From Pecten maximus (lineage: Eukaryota), in NCBI RefSeq assembly GCF_902652985.1, contig NC_047025.1:22692001-22756000 (forward strand): DNA of 64,000 bases. Direction: 5' to 3'. The translations under genes were made by a program, and so were the position numbers. Numbering within the stretch: position 1 is the first letter of the stretch; the number at the start of each line of letters is the position of its first letter. Positions 24,431 to 36,964 of this stretch are shown piece by piece. The notes beneath the pieces are model-generated. The model had not been told where the DNA came from, searched no databases, and saw only the letters and a list, made by a program, of their open reading frames with translations.

Positions 24431-25229
24431 AGCAGTCTTATCGTAACTATCCTACTCCCACACATGTAAATCATATAGTAACTACATTGTCGGTATGTTA
24501 GGCGTAAGAACCGATCATCTACCTGTATTACGTTATAGCTTCGACCGACATGCTATTGTTAAAATAATCTTTGTTCCAATTTGAGTGAGAGTTCACGCCC
24601 AGTAGATTGGCTCGGTAACATGTAATCCCCCAGGTGTATTATAACATCACCAGTTCTCTGTCATAGTTCATTACCACTGTAGCTTTCACTTTGATCAATT
24701 TCTCCACCAAACTCACAGCTACAGTCACCAACGTTGTGGATAATGCATGAGTTCAAACAGACAAATATATAGCGCTGCGATTATATTAGATTTCGAATGT
24801 GTATTGATATTTCAAGGTGATGGCGAAACGAATGTCTAGAATTCAATTAATATTTCCATGCTTTCCTATTAGTCACGTACGATTTAGGTGATATGTACAA
24901 CATGATGTATCCTGGTATATCTTTTCGAAACATTAGACCAGATACCTATATAACTATCTCTTATTGGTCCATGATCAGACGCTGTGGAATAATTGATGCT
25001 GTCTGATTTGGACGTCACATTTACTAACACTCATTTGTTGCCGTTATATTGTACACGTTGTACTTGAATACATATATATAACATTATTCACGTTTTTGCT
25101 GTCTTTATATTGTAATTATTAGATGTATAAATTATTACTTGCTTTTTTCGTGTTTTTTTCTCTCTCTTTATATTGAATAATATTATCTTAATTATTCTCA
25201 TTTTCTTTCCTTTATATTGTATATACATA

Positions 25230-25432
25230 AATTGTTTTCACTTTGCTGTCTTTTATATAGTATATATCATTATTCCCAATTTGCTGTCTTTTATATTTTA
25301 TATATCATATATATCATTATTCCCGATTTGTTGTCTTTTATATAGTATATATCATTATTCCCAATTTGTTGTCTTTTATATTGTATATATCATTATTCCC
25401 AATTTGTTGTCTTTTATATAGTATATATGAAT
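25230..25432. repeat. about 38-bp AT-rich minisatellite, about 5 copies
   Basis: Unit ttgttgtcttttatatagtatatatcattattcccaat. Confidence 0.85.
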
Positions 25433-25984
25433 TATTCTTATTTTACTGCCATTTAGTAGTTTCTTCCTTAACACATTCTCCTATGTGGAAACCATGGTAC
25501 TACTGTTTCCTAGTTAGGAATTGAGGAGGGGACAAACTTTGTAGTGAAAATATTATTTATGTTCCTGGCAGCAAAGACGTTACATTAAAAAAACATATAC
25601 AGGCATTCAAGATCCAAGTCAAAAATGATATAAAATGCCTGAAAGAGAAAACTGGGGAAGGCTCTATCAAAAGGGGCCGATTAAAAAGACTCGGAAGAAA
25701 ACGACAAAGTACAAAAATGTAGTTAACGTACCTGCGGTCCACCATGGAATGGAAAGACTATACATTAAACGAGGATTTAGGAATAACGATGAAATTCGAT
25801 ATACATAAAGTCTACATCTATATACTGGTCTTTACGTTACGTGTGTGTTACTTGGTTTTATTTCAATATATGCAACACTAGAAATCTATAGAAGACTCGA
25901 CAAAAAAAAAAACTCATAAAGCCTCCGCTCTACAGAACATCGTAGTCTGTAGTGGAATAAGTTAAATGTTCGGTCAAGTAATGG

Positions 25985-26835
25985 CATAGATGCGTGAAAT
26001 TGTACACTGGACAACAGATTGGTGTTGTTCAATATACAGTTAATCGTCTTTCGGCACGTTTTCGTGCTACTGGGTCAGTTTCTGGCCGTCTCAGGAGTGG
26101 CCGTCTGCTTATAACGGCCGCGCGACAAGACAGGACAATTCTATTGATGCATCTGCGCGTAATATTCAAGACAGCTGCAGTAAAGACGTCACGGTAGTAG
26201 ACCCATCAGTGTTCCAACTGCCAGAAATCACATGCGTACCGAATCATCGCGCGCCGACCTTGTATCGGCCCATCTCTGACACCACGTAGGCGACAAGTCT
26301 TGCTTGGGTGCACGGATGTAGCCCAAATAGGTTTGGGATGCGTCGGCGGAGGCTTGTAATGTTCACCGACGAGTCTAGATTATATGTCTCAAACGGGAGG
26401 AAAAGGGGTATATGGCAGACGCGGTGAGCGTTTAGCCGACAGATGCGAGGTTGCCGAACGCGATAGATTCGGTGGGGCGCTACTGTTATGGTTTTGGGAG
26501 GCTCCCCCTTAGTGGTTCTGAGCCAAACTTGCGATGCCGTTTGGTACCTCTTTGATGTCGTTACCTCATTTTTCAGCAAAAGACAGCTTCAACATTTGTT
26601 GCCAGAGTCTGCTATATTCTTTAGAATGGCATCCATATAGTCCCTCCTACATATTTCCCAGTGACATCTTTGGGGTAATCTTTACAGGCGTATCATAAAC
26701 CGTCAGAACCCTCCAACTTACTGAATGATTGCAGCATTGACAGAAGAATGAGGCGAAAGAACATTCTAACGAACTCCATGCATAGGAGAATACGTGTAGG
26801 AATGTGTGCAAGAGGTGTCCACGCCAGGTACTAAA
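25985..26835 (+). mobile_element. decayed Tc1/mariner transposase (pseudogene)
   Basis: TVNRLSARFRATGSVSGRLRSGRLLITAARQDR (HTH/GRPR linker), VMFTDESR (first catalytic D), DRFGG..VMV, HLWGNL..RIINRQNPP and NSMHRRI in the expected order, with frameshifts. Confidence 0.85.
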
Positions 26836-27474
26836 GTGTCATTTTTCTATGCGGGGTATCTCTCTCAAAGTGACTACTGACAACATTGAGCCGTCACATA
26901 GACCTTCCTTTACAGTATTGTCAAGAGTATATTTGTCCTTTTATACAGATATCAACGCTTGTTTTGCATTCCGGCCTGATGTTCAAAACACACCGGCCTG
27001 GACATTTTCATTGGAAATCTATCCACTATATTGTATATGTGTGTTGTCTGATGAGTGAGTGTTATTACCAAGCTTCTCTGACATTATCTGCATGTTCAAT
27101 CTGATTGACAAAAACAGTTGTTTTGCATTACAATTATTTTGATGAATATTGATTCAATTTAAGGAAACAATATTTGAAAACTCATTTTATTATTTCCAAT
27201 GAATAGTACTTGTTATCAGTGCACCTAGAAGAGCTATTATTGAGAGCCATTTTTTCCTTCGTAAGCGATATATCTCCTACAAAGTAGCTGATGTCAGTTA
27301 ATTTAATTACATTTACATTAGAAAGATCTCAAACAGACATCAACATGTTTACTGATAAACATTTCATTTTTCATGACGTGCATTGCTGGTTGATTTGTTA
27401 TATAGGTTTATAGATAGTTAAATATAAAATGTAAAAGAGATTGTAAAGATTCTATACGGGGAAGTTGGGAAGAA

Positions 27475-30400
27475 GTGTCCTGTGGAGGGTAACAGGGAGT
27501 GGTCTAAAGGGGGTAGTGTCCAGTGGTGGACAACAGGGAGTGGTCTAAAGGGGGTAATCTAGTGGTGGACAACAAGGAGTGGTCTAAAGGGGGTAGTATC
27601 TAGTGGTGGACAACAGGGAGTGGTCTAAAGGGGTTAGTGTCCAGTGATGGACAACAGGGAGTGGTCTAAAGGGGGTAGTGGTGGACAACAGGGAGTGGTC
27701 TAAAGGGGGTAATCTAGTGGTGGACAACAGAGAGTGGTCTAAGGGGGTAATCTAGTGGTGGACAACAGGGAGTGGTCTAAAGGGGGTAGTATCCAGTGAT
27801 GGACAACAGGGAGTGGTCTAAAGGGGGTAGTGTCCAGTGATGGACAACAGGGAGTGGTCTAAAGGGGGTATCATCTAGTGATGGACAACAGGGAGTGGTC
27901 TAAATGGGGTAGTATCTAGTGGAGGACAACAGGGAGTGGTCTAAAGGGGGTAGTATCTAGTGATGGACAACAGGGAGTGGTCTAAGGGAGTAGTATCTAG
28001 TGATGGACAACAGGGAGTGGTCTAAAGGGGGTAGTATCTAGTGATGGACAACAGGGAGTGGTCTAAAGGGGGTAGTATCTTTGTGGTGGACAACAGGGAG
28101 TGGTCTACAAGGAGTAGTAGCTAGTGATGGACAACAGGGAGTGGTCTAAGGGAGTAGTATCTAGTGATGGACAACAGGGAGTGGTCTAAATGGGGTAGTA
28201 TCTAGTGGTTGACAACAGGGAGTGGTCTAAAGGGGGTAGTATCTAGTGGTGGACAACAGGGAGTGGTCTAAAGGAGGTAGTATCTAGTGGAGGACAACAG
28301 GGAGTGGTCTAAAGGGGGTAGTATCTAGTGGAGGACAACAGGGAGTGGTCTAAAGGGGGTAGTATCTAGTGGAGGACAACAGGGAGTGGTATAAAGGGGG
28401 TAGTATCTAGTGGTGGACAACAGGGAGTGGTCTAAAGGGGGTAATCTAGTGGTGGACAACAGGGAGTGGTCTAAAGGGGTAGCATCTAGTGGTGGACAAC
28501 AGGGAGTGGTGTAAAGGGGGTAGTATCTAGTGGTGGACAACAGGGAGTAGTCTAAGGGGGTAGTATCTAGTGGTGGACAACAGGGAGTGTTCTAAAGGGG
28601 GTAGTGTCTAGTGGTGGACAACAGGGAGTGGTCTAAAGGGGGTAGTATCTAGTGGTGGACAACAGGGAGTGGTCTAAAGGGGGGTAGTATCTAGTGGTGG
28701 ACAACAGGAAGTGGTCTAAAGGGGGTAGTACCTAGTGGTGGACAACAGGGAGTGGTCTAAAGGGGGTAGCATCTAGTGATGGACAACAGGGAGTGGTCTA
28801 AAGGGGGTAGTATCTAGTGGTGGACAACAGAGAGTGGTCTAAAGGGGGTAGTATCTAGTGGTGGACAACAGGGAGTGGTCTAAAGGGGGTAGTATCTAGT
28901 GATGGACAACAGGGAGTGGTCTAAAGGGGGTAGTATCTAGTGGTGGACAACAGAGAGTGGTCTAAAAGGGGTAGTATCTAGTGGTGGACAACAGGGAGTG
29001 GTCTAAGGGAGAAGTATCTAGTGGTGGACAACAGGGAGTGGTCTAAGGGGGTAGTATCTAGAGGTGGACAACAGGGAGTGGTCTAAAGGGGGTAGTATCT
29101 AGTGGTGGACAACAGGGAGTGGTCTAAAAGGGGTAGTATCTAGTGGTGGACAACAGGGAGTGGTCTAAAGGGGGTAGTATCTAGTGGTGGACAACAGGGA
29201 GTGGTCTAAGGGGGTAGTATCTAGTGGTGGACATTAGGGAATGGTCTAAAGGGGGTAGTATCTAGGGATGGACAACAGGGAGTGGTCTAAAGGGGATAGT
29301 ATCTAGTGGTGGACAACAGAGAGTGGTCTAAAGGGGGTAGTGGTGGACAACAGGGAGTGGTTTAAAGGGGGTAGTATCTAGTGGTTGGCAATAGGGAGTG
29401 GTCTACAAGGAGTAGTATCTGGTTGTGGACAACAGGGAGTGGTCTAAAGGGGGTAGTATCTAGTGGTTGGCAATAGGGAGTGGTCTACAAGGAGTAGTAT
29501 CTGGTTGTGGACAAAAGGGAGTGGTCTAAAGGGGGTAGTATCTAGTGTTGGACAACAGGGAGTGGTCTAAGGGGGTAGTATCTAGTAGTGGACAACAGGG
29601 AGTGGTCTAAAGGGGGGTAGTATCTAGTAGTGGACAACAGGGAGTGGTCAAAGGGGGTAGTATCTAGTGGTGGACAACAGTGAGTGGTCTAAGGGGGTAG
29701 TATCTAGTGATGGACAATAGGGAGTGGTCTAAAGGGGGTAGTATCTAGTGGTTGACATTAGGGAGTGGTCTAAAGGGGGTAGTATGTAGTGATGGACAAC
29801 AGGGAGTGGTCTAAAGGGGGTAGTATCTAGTGGTGGACATTAGGGAGTGGTCTAAAGGGGGTAGTATCTAGTGGTGGACAACAGGGAGTGATCTAAAGGG
29901 GGTAGTATCTAGTGGTTGGCAATAGCGAGTGGTCTACAAGGAGTAGTATCTGGTTGTGGACAACAGGGAGTGGTCTAAATGGGGTAGTATCTAGTGGTGG
30001 ACATTAGGGAGTGGTCTAAATGGGGTAGTATCTAGTGGTGGACAACAGGGAGTGGTCTAAAGGGGTTAGTATCTAGTGGTGGACATTAGGGAGTGGTCTA
30101 AAGGGGGTAGTATCTAGTGGTGGACAACAGGGAGTGGTCTAAAGGGGGAAGTATCTAGTGGTTGGCAATAGCGAGTGGTCTACAAGGAGTAGTATCTGGT
30201 TGTGGACAACAGGGAGTTGTCTAAATGGGGTAGTATCTAGTGGTGGACATTAGGGAGTGGTCTAAAGGGGGTAGTATCTAGTGATGGACAACAGGGAGTG
30301 GTCTAACGGGGGTAGTATCTAGTGGTGGACATTAGGGAGTGGTCTACAAGGGGTAGTATCTAGTGGTGGACAACAGGGAGTGGTCTAAAGGGGGTAATCT

Positions 30401-32310
30401 AGTGGTGGACAACAGGGAGTGGTCTAAAGGGGGTAGTGTCCAGTGGTGGACAACAGGGGGTGGTCTAACGGGGGTAGTATCTAGTGATGGACAACAGGGA
30501 GTGGTCTACAAGGAGTAGTATCTAGTGGTGGACAACAGGGAGTGGTCTAACGGGGGAAGTATCTAGTGGTGGACAACAGGGAGTGGTCTAAAGGGGGTAA
30601 TCTAGTGGTGGACAACAGGGAGTGGTCTAAGGGGGTAGTATCTAGTGGTGGATAACAGGGAGTGGTCTAAAGGGGTTAGCATCTAGTGGTGGACAACAGG
30701 GAGTGGTCTAAGGGGGTAGTATCTAGTGGTGGACAACAGGGAGTGGTCTAAAGGGGGAAGTATCTAGTGGTGGACAACAGGGAGTGGTCTAAGGGGGTAA
30801 TCTAGTGGTGGACAACAGGGAGTGGTCTAAAGGGGGTAGTATCTAGTGATGGACAACAGGGAGTGGTCTAACGGGGGAAGTATCTAGTGGTGGACAACAG
30901 GGAGTGGTCTAAGGGGGTAGTATCTAGTGATGGACAACAGGGAGTGGTCTAAGGGGGTAGTATCTAGTGATGGACAACAGGGAGTGGTCTAAGGGGGTAG
31001 TATCTAGTGGTGGACAACAGGGAGAGGTCTAAAGGGGGTAGTATCTAGTGGTGGACAACAGGGAGTGGTCTAAAGGGGGTAGTGTCCAGTGGTGGACAAC
31101 AGGGAGTGGTCTAAGGGGGTAATCTAGTGGTGGACAACAGGGAGTGGTCTACAAGGAGTAGTATCTAGTGATGGACAACAGGGAGTGGTCTAAAGGGGGG
31201 TAATCTAGTGGTGGACAACAGGGAGTGGTCTAAAGGGGGTAATCTAGTGGTGGACAACAGGGAGTGGTCTAAAGGGGGTAGTGTCCAGTGGTGGACAACA
31301 GGGAGTGGTCTAACGGGGGTAGTATCTAGTGATGGACAACAGGGAGTGGTCTACAAGGAGTAGTATCTAGTGGTGGACAACAGGGAGTGGTCTAACGGGG
31401 GAAGTATCTAGTGGTGGACAACAGGGAGTGGTCTAAAGGGGGTAATCTAGTGGTGGACAACAGGGAGTGGTCTAAGGGGGTAGTATCTAGTGGTGGATAA
31501 CAGGGAGTGGTCTAAAGGGGTTAGCATCTAGTGGTGGACAACAGGGAGTGGTCTAACGGGGGAAGTATCTAGTGGTGGACAACAGGGAGTGGTCTAAGGG
31601 GGTAATCTAGTGGTGGAAAACAGGGAGTGGTCTAAGGGGGTAGTATCTAGTGGTGGACAACAGGGAGTGGTCTACAAGGAGTAGTATCTAGTGGTGGACA
31701 ACAGGGAGTGGTCTAACGGGGGTAGTATCTAGTGGTGGACAACAGGGAGTGGTCTAAGGGGGTAGTATCTAGTGATGGACAACAGGGAGTGGTCTAAGGG
31801 GGGTTGTATATAGTGGTGGACAACAGGGAGTGGTCTACAAGGAGTAGTATCTAGTGATGGACAACAGGGAGTGGTCTAAGGGGGTAGTATCTAGTGGTGG
31901 ACAACAGGGAGAGGTCTAAAGTGGGTAGTATCTAGTGGTGGACAACAGGGAGTGGTCTAAAGGGGGTAGTGTCCAGTGGTGGACAACAGGGAGTGGTCTA
32001 AGGGGGTAATCTAGTGGTGGACAACAGGGAGTGGTCTACAAGGAGTAGTATCTAGTGATGGACAACAGGGAGTGGTCTAAAGGGGGTAATCTAGTGGTGG
32101 ACAACAGGGAGTGGTCTAAAGGGGGTAATCTAGTGGTGGACAACAGGGAGTGGTCTAAAGGGGTAGTATCTAGTGGTGGACAACAGAGAGTGGTCTAATG
32201 GGGGTTGTATATAGTGGTCGGCAATGGGGAGTGATCTAAAGGGGGTAGTATCTAGTGGAGGACAACAGGGAGTGGTGTAAAGGGGATAATGTCCAGTTGT
32301 GGACCACAAG
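27475..32310. repeat. 41-bp G-rich minisatellite, about 118 copies
   Basis: Unit ggacaacagggagtggtctaaagggggtagtatctagtggt, with 39-42 bp variants. Confidence 0.98.
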
Positions 32311-33649
32311 AAGTTTTATTTTGACAAGCAAATCCTCATGATTAATATTTTATTGAGCATGCATAATAATAACAACATAAAATATTTTGTATACTTTATA
32401 AATCTGATGTGTTTGATGTAATATATTTCTCCATTGTTACATTTGATTTTCTGTTTCTCTATTGTAGCATTCCTGTTTTCTCTACCTACGGTGGATACGT
32501 ATACTTGTCCCAGTTCATTCGACACGCGAAGATAGTTTTCTAGTATCACTATATTATGAAAGATGTTTACTGCTGACAATACGTTGTTTCGAAAGATGAA
32601 GGTTGATGGATATCATGTTTTATGGCCGACATCATGATATCATAAATATTGTATTTCTTTGGATGCTAAGAGTTAGACGTTTAGTGGATCCATTGCCAGT
32701 ACCCCGATTCTGTTTTGAGCTCATGGTAAAAACCCGGATCTGACCTAGATTAACGGAGGATGCTTACCATTCCGGAACACCTGGTCCTATTTCCTTATAC
32801 CGTTTATAATACACACTATCTGTTTGGTAGCATTACGTTTTTTTCACTGAAATATTATAGGTTACATTGATAAGCACAATGTATAGGCCCCTACACCGAG
32901 TCGGGTACATTAATAAAGGAACGAGTAACCCAGTATAATGACACATTGCCATAACAAACATTGGCAATGCTTTCCATCACAAAATACCTGTATAAAAGTC
33001 CCTGTATCGTACAGTTGTATAATTTTACTAATTCCTTGAAGATCTTTTCACTTGTGTCATGCGAAATATCCTTTCAAATTGTTTCATGGTAAGTTATACT
33101 CCCCGAGGTTTCTGTTTTGAAGGGTACTTTATATGTCATATCTTGTGTGTATTTTGTACAATCATTTATCATCACGTGCAAGTCACGGGTTCAAAATATT
33201 TGTGAATAAGGGCACCGGTTCAGAATATACGCACGTATAATACACGTTCTATAAAAATTCCCAGTATTCACACTTTACCAGATTTATTCAATTAGGGAGT
33301 TGACGTGGGGTTAGTGTATGGGTGGGGTGGGGGTTATGTAGGGATTGGGTGGGGCGGTGGTTAGGGTAGGGGTGATCAGTTGTTTAGTAACATCCCATTG
33401 GTAATATCTAGGTCAATTTTTATTTTCCTAGCATCCCTTTTTTATTATAACCTCGCTGATGCATTCTAGAATTATGACACCTGTTATGTCAAATTCAGAG
33501 GATCGTGACCTAATCTATCTTTTGCTTAGGTCTTTTTAATTTGCCGAGCATCCCTTCCGGATTTTCACACATTTGATTCGTATATTTGGAGTAAAGTACG
33601 TTCACACGCATCATTTCTTGTATTTCGAAAGTAACAATATATACTAGGA

Positions 33650-35105
33650 GTTCGTCCGTCATCCAAACGTACCACTATACATTCAACACACAGGGTGTCC
33701 GTCCGTCACCCAAACGTAATATAATACATTCCTCACACACAGGTTGTCCGTCCGTCACCCAAACGTAATACAATACATTAGTAACACACAGGGTGTCCGT
33801 CCGTCACCCAAACGTAATACAATACATTAGTAACACACAGGGTGTCCGTCCGTCACCCAAACGTAATACAATACATTAGTAACACACAGGGTGTCCGTCC
33901 GTCACCCAAACGTAATACAATATATTCCTAACACACAGGGTGTCCGTCCGTCACCCAAACGTAATACAATACATTAGTAACACACAGGGTGTCCGTCCGT
34001 CACCCAAACGTAATACAATACCTTAGTAACACACAGGGTGTCCGTCCGTCACCCAAACGTAATACAATACATTCCTCACACACAGGGTGTCCGTCCGTCA
34101 CCCAAACGTAATACAATACATTCCTCACACACAGGGTGTCCGTCCGTCACCCAAACGAAATACAATACATTAGTTACACATAGGGTGTCCGTCTGTCACC
34201 CAAACGTAATACAATACATTAGTAACACACAGGGTGTCCGTCTGTCACCCAAACGTAATACAATACATTAGTAGCATACAAGGTGTCAGACCGTCATCCA
34301 AACGTAATACAATACATTCCTAACACATAGGATGTCCGTCCGTCACCCAAACGTAATACAATACATTAGTAACACACAGGGTGTCCGTCCGTCACCCAAA
34401 CGTAATACAATACATTAGTAACACACAGGGTGTCCGCCCGTCACCCAAATGTACCACTATACATTCCTCACACACAGGGTGTCCGTCCGTCACCCAAACG
34501 TACCACTATACATTCAACACACAGGGTGTCCGTCCGTCACCCAAACGTACCACTATACATTCCTCACACACAGGGTGTCCGTCCGTCACCCAAACGTACC
34601 ACTATACATTCCTCACACACAGGATGTCCGTCCGTCACCCAAACGTACCACTATACATTCCTAACACACAGGGTGTCCGTCCGTCACCCAAACGTACCAC
34701 TATACATTCCTCACACACAGGGTGTCCGTCCGTCACCCAAACGTACCACTATACATTCCTCACACATAGGGTGTCCGTCCGTCACCCAAACGTACCACTA
34801 TACATTCCTCACACACAGGATGTCCGTCCGTCAACCAAATGTACCACTATACATTCCTCACACACAGGGTGTCCGTCCGTCAACCAAATGTACCACTATA
34901 CATTCCTAACACACAGGGTGTCCGTCCGTCACCCAAACGTAATACAATACATTCCTAACACACAGGGTGCCCGTCCGTCACCCAAACGTACCACTATACA
35001 TTAGTAACACACAGGGCGTCCGTCCGTCACCCAAACGTACCACTAAACATTCCTAACACACAGGGTGTCCGTCCGTCACCCAAACGTACCACTAAACATT
35101 CCTCA
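33650..35105. repeat. 49-bp minisatellite, about 30 copies, two variant domains
   Basis: Unit gggtgtccgtccgtcacccaaacgt(aatacaatacattagta|accactatacattcctc)acacaca. Confidence 0.97.
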
Positions 35106-35398
35106 CGAATATAATGAATTGCGACAGCTTTCGGTTTGCTTTACAATTGTGTATACGGATATGATTCGAAAACCTTAAAACAAACCAATTGAAACAGGGA
35201 CATCTGTGTTCTGATGCTCAATATCATATATATGGCTAAATGAAAATTTCGTCTGGAGACAACGTAAGCTCATTCATTTGAAATTCCATTTGAGCTACGT
35301 ATGTGTGATGTTGTTTTTTTTTTTTTAAATCTTTTCATTGAGTAGGTTAATAAATTAGAACTAAACAGAAAATTAAAAAAAAAATCTAATGTTCTTAC

Positions 35399-35620
35399 CT
35401 GAACAAAGTTGGTTATGTCCCATTATTGTCCCGTATAAATCCATCAGGCACACATCATGTAGCTGTCATTTTTAGTTTGACTATTGGTTGAAGATAAAAA
35501 GTTGACACTGAAGAACTTTTTTCCTGGTTGGATTATTGCCAAGTAAATTCCCAACACTTCCGAGCTAATCTAGCAGGTATCATATATGTATTGAATTATC
35601 TGCGAGTGGGCGTGGCTATC
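35399..35620 (-). promoter_or_regulatory. candidate promoter plus 5' exon (possibly of the ITPR-like gene)
   Basis: Strong donor CAG|GTAAGA at 35398, Inr-like TCAGT at 35511-35507, and GC/KLF box gggcgtggc near 35608, all in a unique island between arrays. Confidence 0.3.
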
Positions 35621-36157
35621 TGAAGACTTCCCTACAGCACGATGAACGGAAACTGACAGACGGGAAGCTTTCCCGGAGTACTAAGTTACACGGTTAGGCA
35701 GCCCATATCGATCCCCTACAACCAGCGTCCCAACACCACGCGCTGTATCACATAATGACACAGAGCGAAGCACTCTGTGAAAGTGATACAGTACGGGACC
35801 CCTGTAAAATTTAAACAGAAAAACACCCGATCATTGAAAGGAGCGCACTGTTAAAGGTATAAAAAGCAAGGTGTTCTCTGTAGAGGTTATACAGGGACGC
35901 TGAACCAGAACTTCAGTAGCGTTACGTAGAAGTTACTCTACAATAATGTCTTTACTGAACCATAACTTCAGTAGCATTACGTAGAAGTTACTCTACAATA
36001 ATGTCTTTACTGAACCATAACTTCAGTAGCATTACGTAGAAGTTACTCTACAATAATATCTTTACTGAACCAGAACTTCAGTAGCGTTACGTAGAAGTTA
36101 CTCTACAATAATGTCTTTACTGAACCAAAACTTCAGTAGCATTACGTAGAAGTTACT

Positions 36158-36762
36158 TAAGAAATAATTAACGATGAATCGTGTATTATTGCAGGATATA
36201 CAACGAGGACGAGGATATTTTGCAATTGAATTAATAACGAAGGCCGCAGGCCTGAGTTATTAATTAAAATTGCAAAATATCCGAGTCCGAGTTGTATATC
36301 CTGCAACAATACACGAGTCAAAGTTGATTATTTCTATTCTACCATGTACTGTTTAGTTCTGAGATCGACCTCTTTCTAATAGAAAAACAGCAAAGAAACC
36401 CCGAGAAAACCTTGTCATTTATTTCTTGAGTATTGCATTATTTGTTGTATTTGATGTATCAAGAGCATCTATTATATGGCATTGATTTTGAAAAGAAAAA
36501 AAAAGGATAAAAACAAAAGAAGAAAAAAGGGGGTCCTCCGTAGGATTCGAACTCGCGTCGTGATAAAAATTTATTGAAAGAGTAACCCATTAGCCCACTC
36601 GGCTATAGTAACCTTTCGTAAAACGGGTGAATATTAGATATATAAAATTGTTACAGCCGTGACTCCCGACCGTGTATTATTGGCACGAGAGTGGGTTATT
36701 GGAAAATAATACATGGTTTTAAACCAATCAAAACTGGCGTTGTATAGCAAACATGGTAGAAT
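36158..36762. mobile_element. non-autonomous fold-back element (about 180-bp terminal palindrome plus 12-bp subterminal IR), inserted without a TSD
   Basis: Palindrome at 36158-36336 with centre gaaggccgcaggcctgag. attctaccatgt (36336-36347) pairs with acatggtagaat (36751-36762). The flanks rejoin to the intact repeat unit agttact|ctacaata. Confidence 0.88.
36523..36612 (-). ncRNA. tRNA-derived Pol III cassette (pseudo-tRNA/SINE-like head) inside the fold-back element
   Basis: A box TAGCCGAGTGG (36605-36595), B box GAGTTCGAATCC (36554-36543), then a T6 terminator. Cloverleaf stems are degenerate, so it is not a functional tRNA. Confidence 0.6.
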
Positions 36763-36964
36763 CTACAATAATGTCTTTACTGAACCAGAACTTCACTAGC
36801 GTTACGTAGAAGTTACTCTACAATAATATCTTTACTGAACCATAACTTCAGTAGCTTTACGTGGAAGTTACTCTTACAAGAATTTCTTAAACTGAACCAG
36901 AACTTCACCAGCGTTATGTAAATGTTACTCTACAAGAATTGCACTGTAGAGGTTAGGAATACTG

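Larger units (their letters stand above)
35901..36940. repeat. 55-bp minisatellite (about 8 copies) split by an inserted element at 36158-36762
   Basis: Unit tgaaccagaacttcagtagcgttacgtagaagttactctacaataatgtctttac at 35901, 35956, 36011, 36066, 36121; resumes at 36763. Confidence 0.95.

Noticed and set aside
32700-32790. aggatgcttaccattccggaacacctggtc, reminiscent of a common bivalve retroelement tail
   Set aside because: Too short and decayed to assign without a database search.
36523-36612. Functional tRNA gene
   Set aside because: Acceptor, anticodon and T stems do not pair properly; only the promoter boxes remain.
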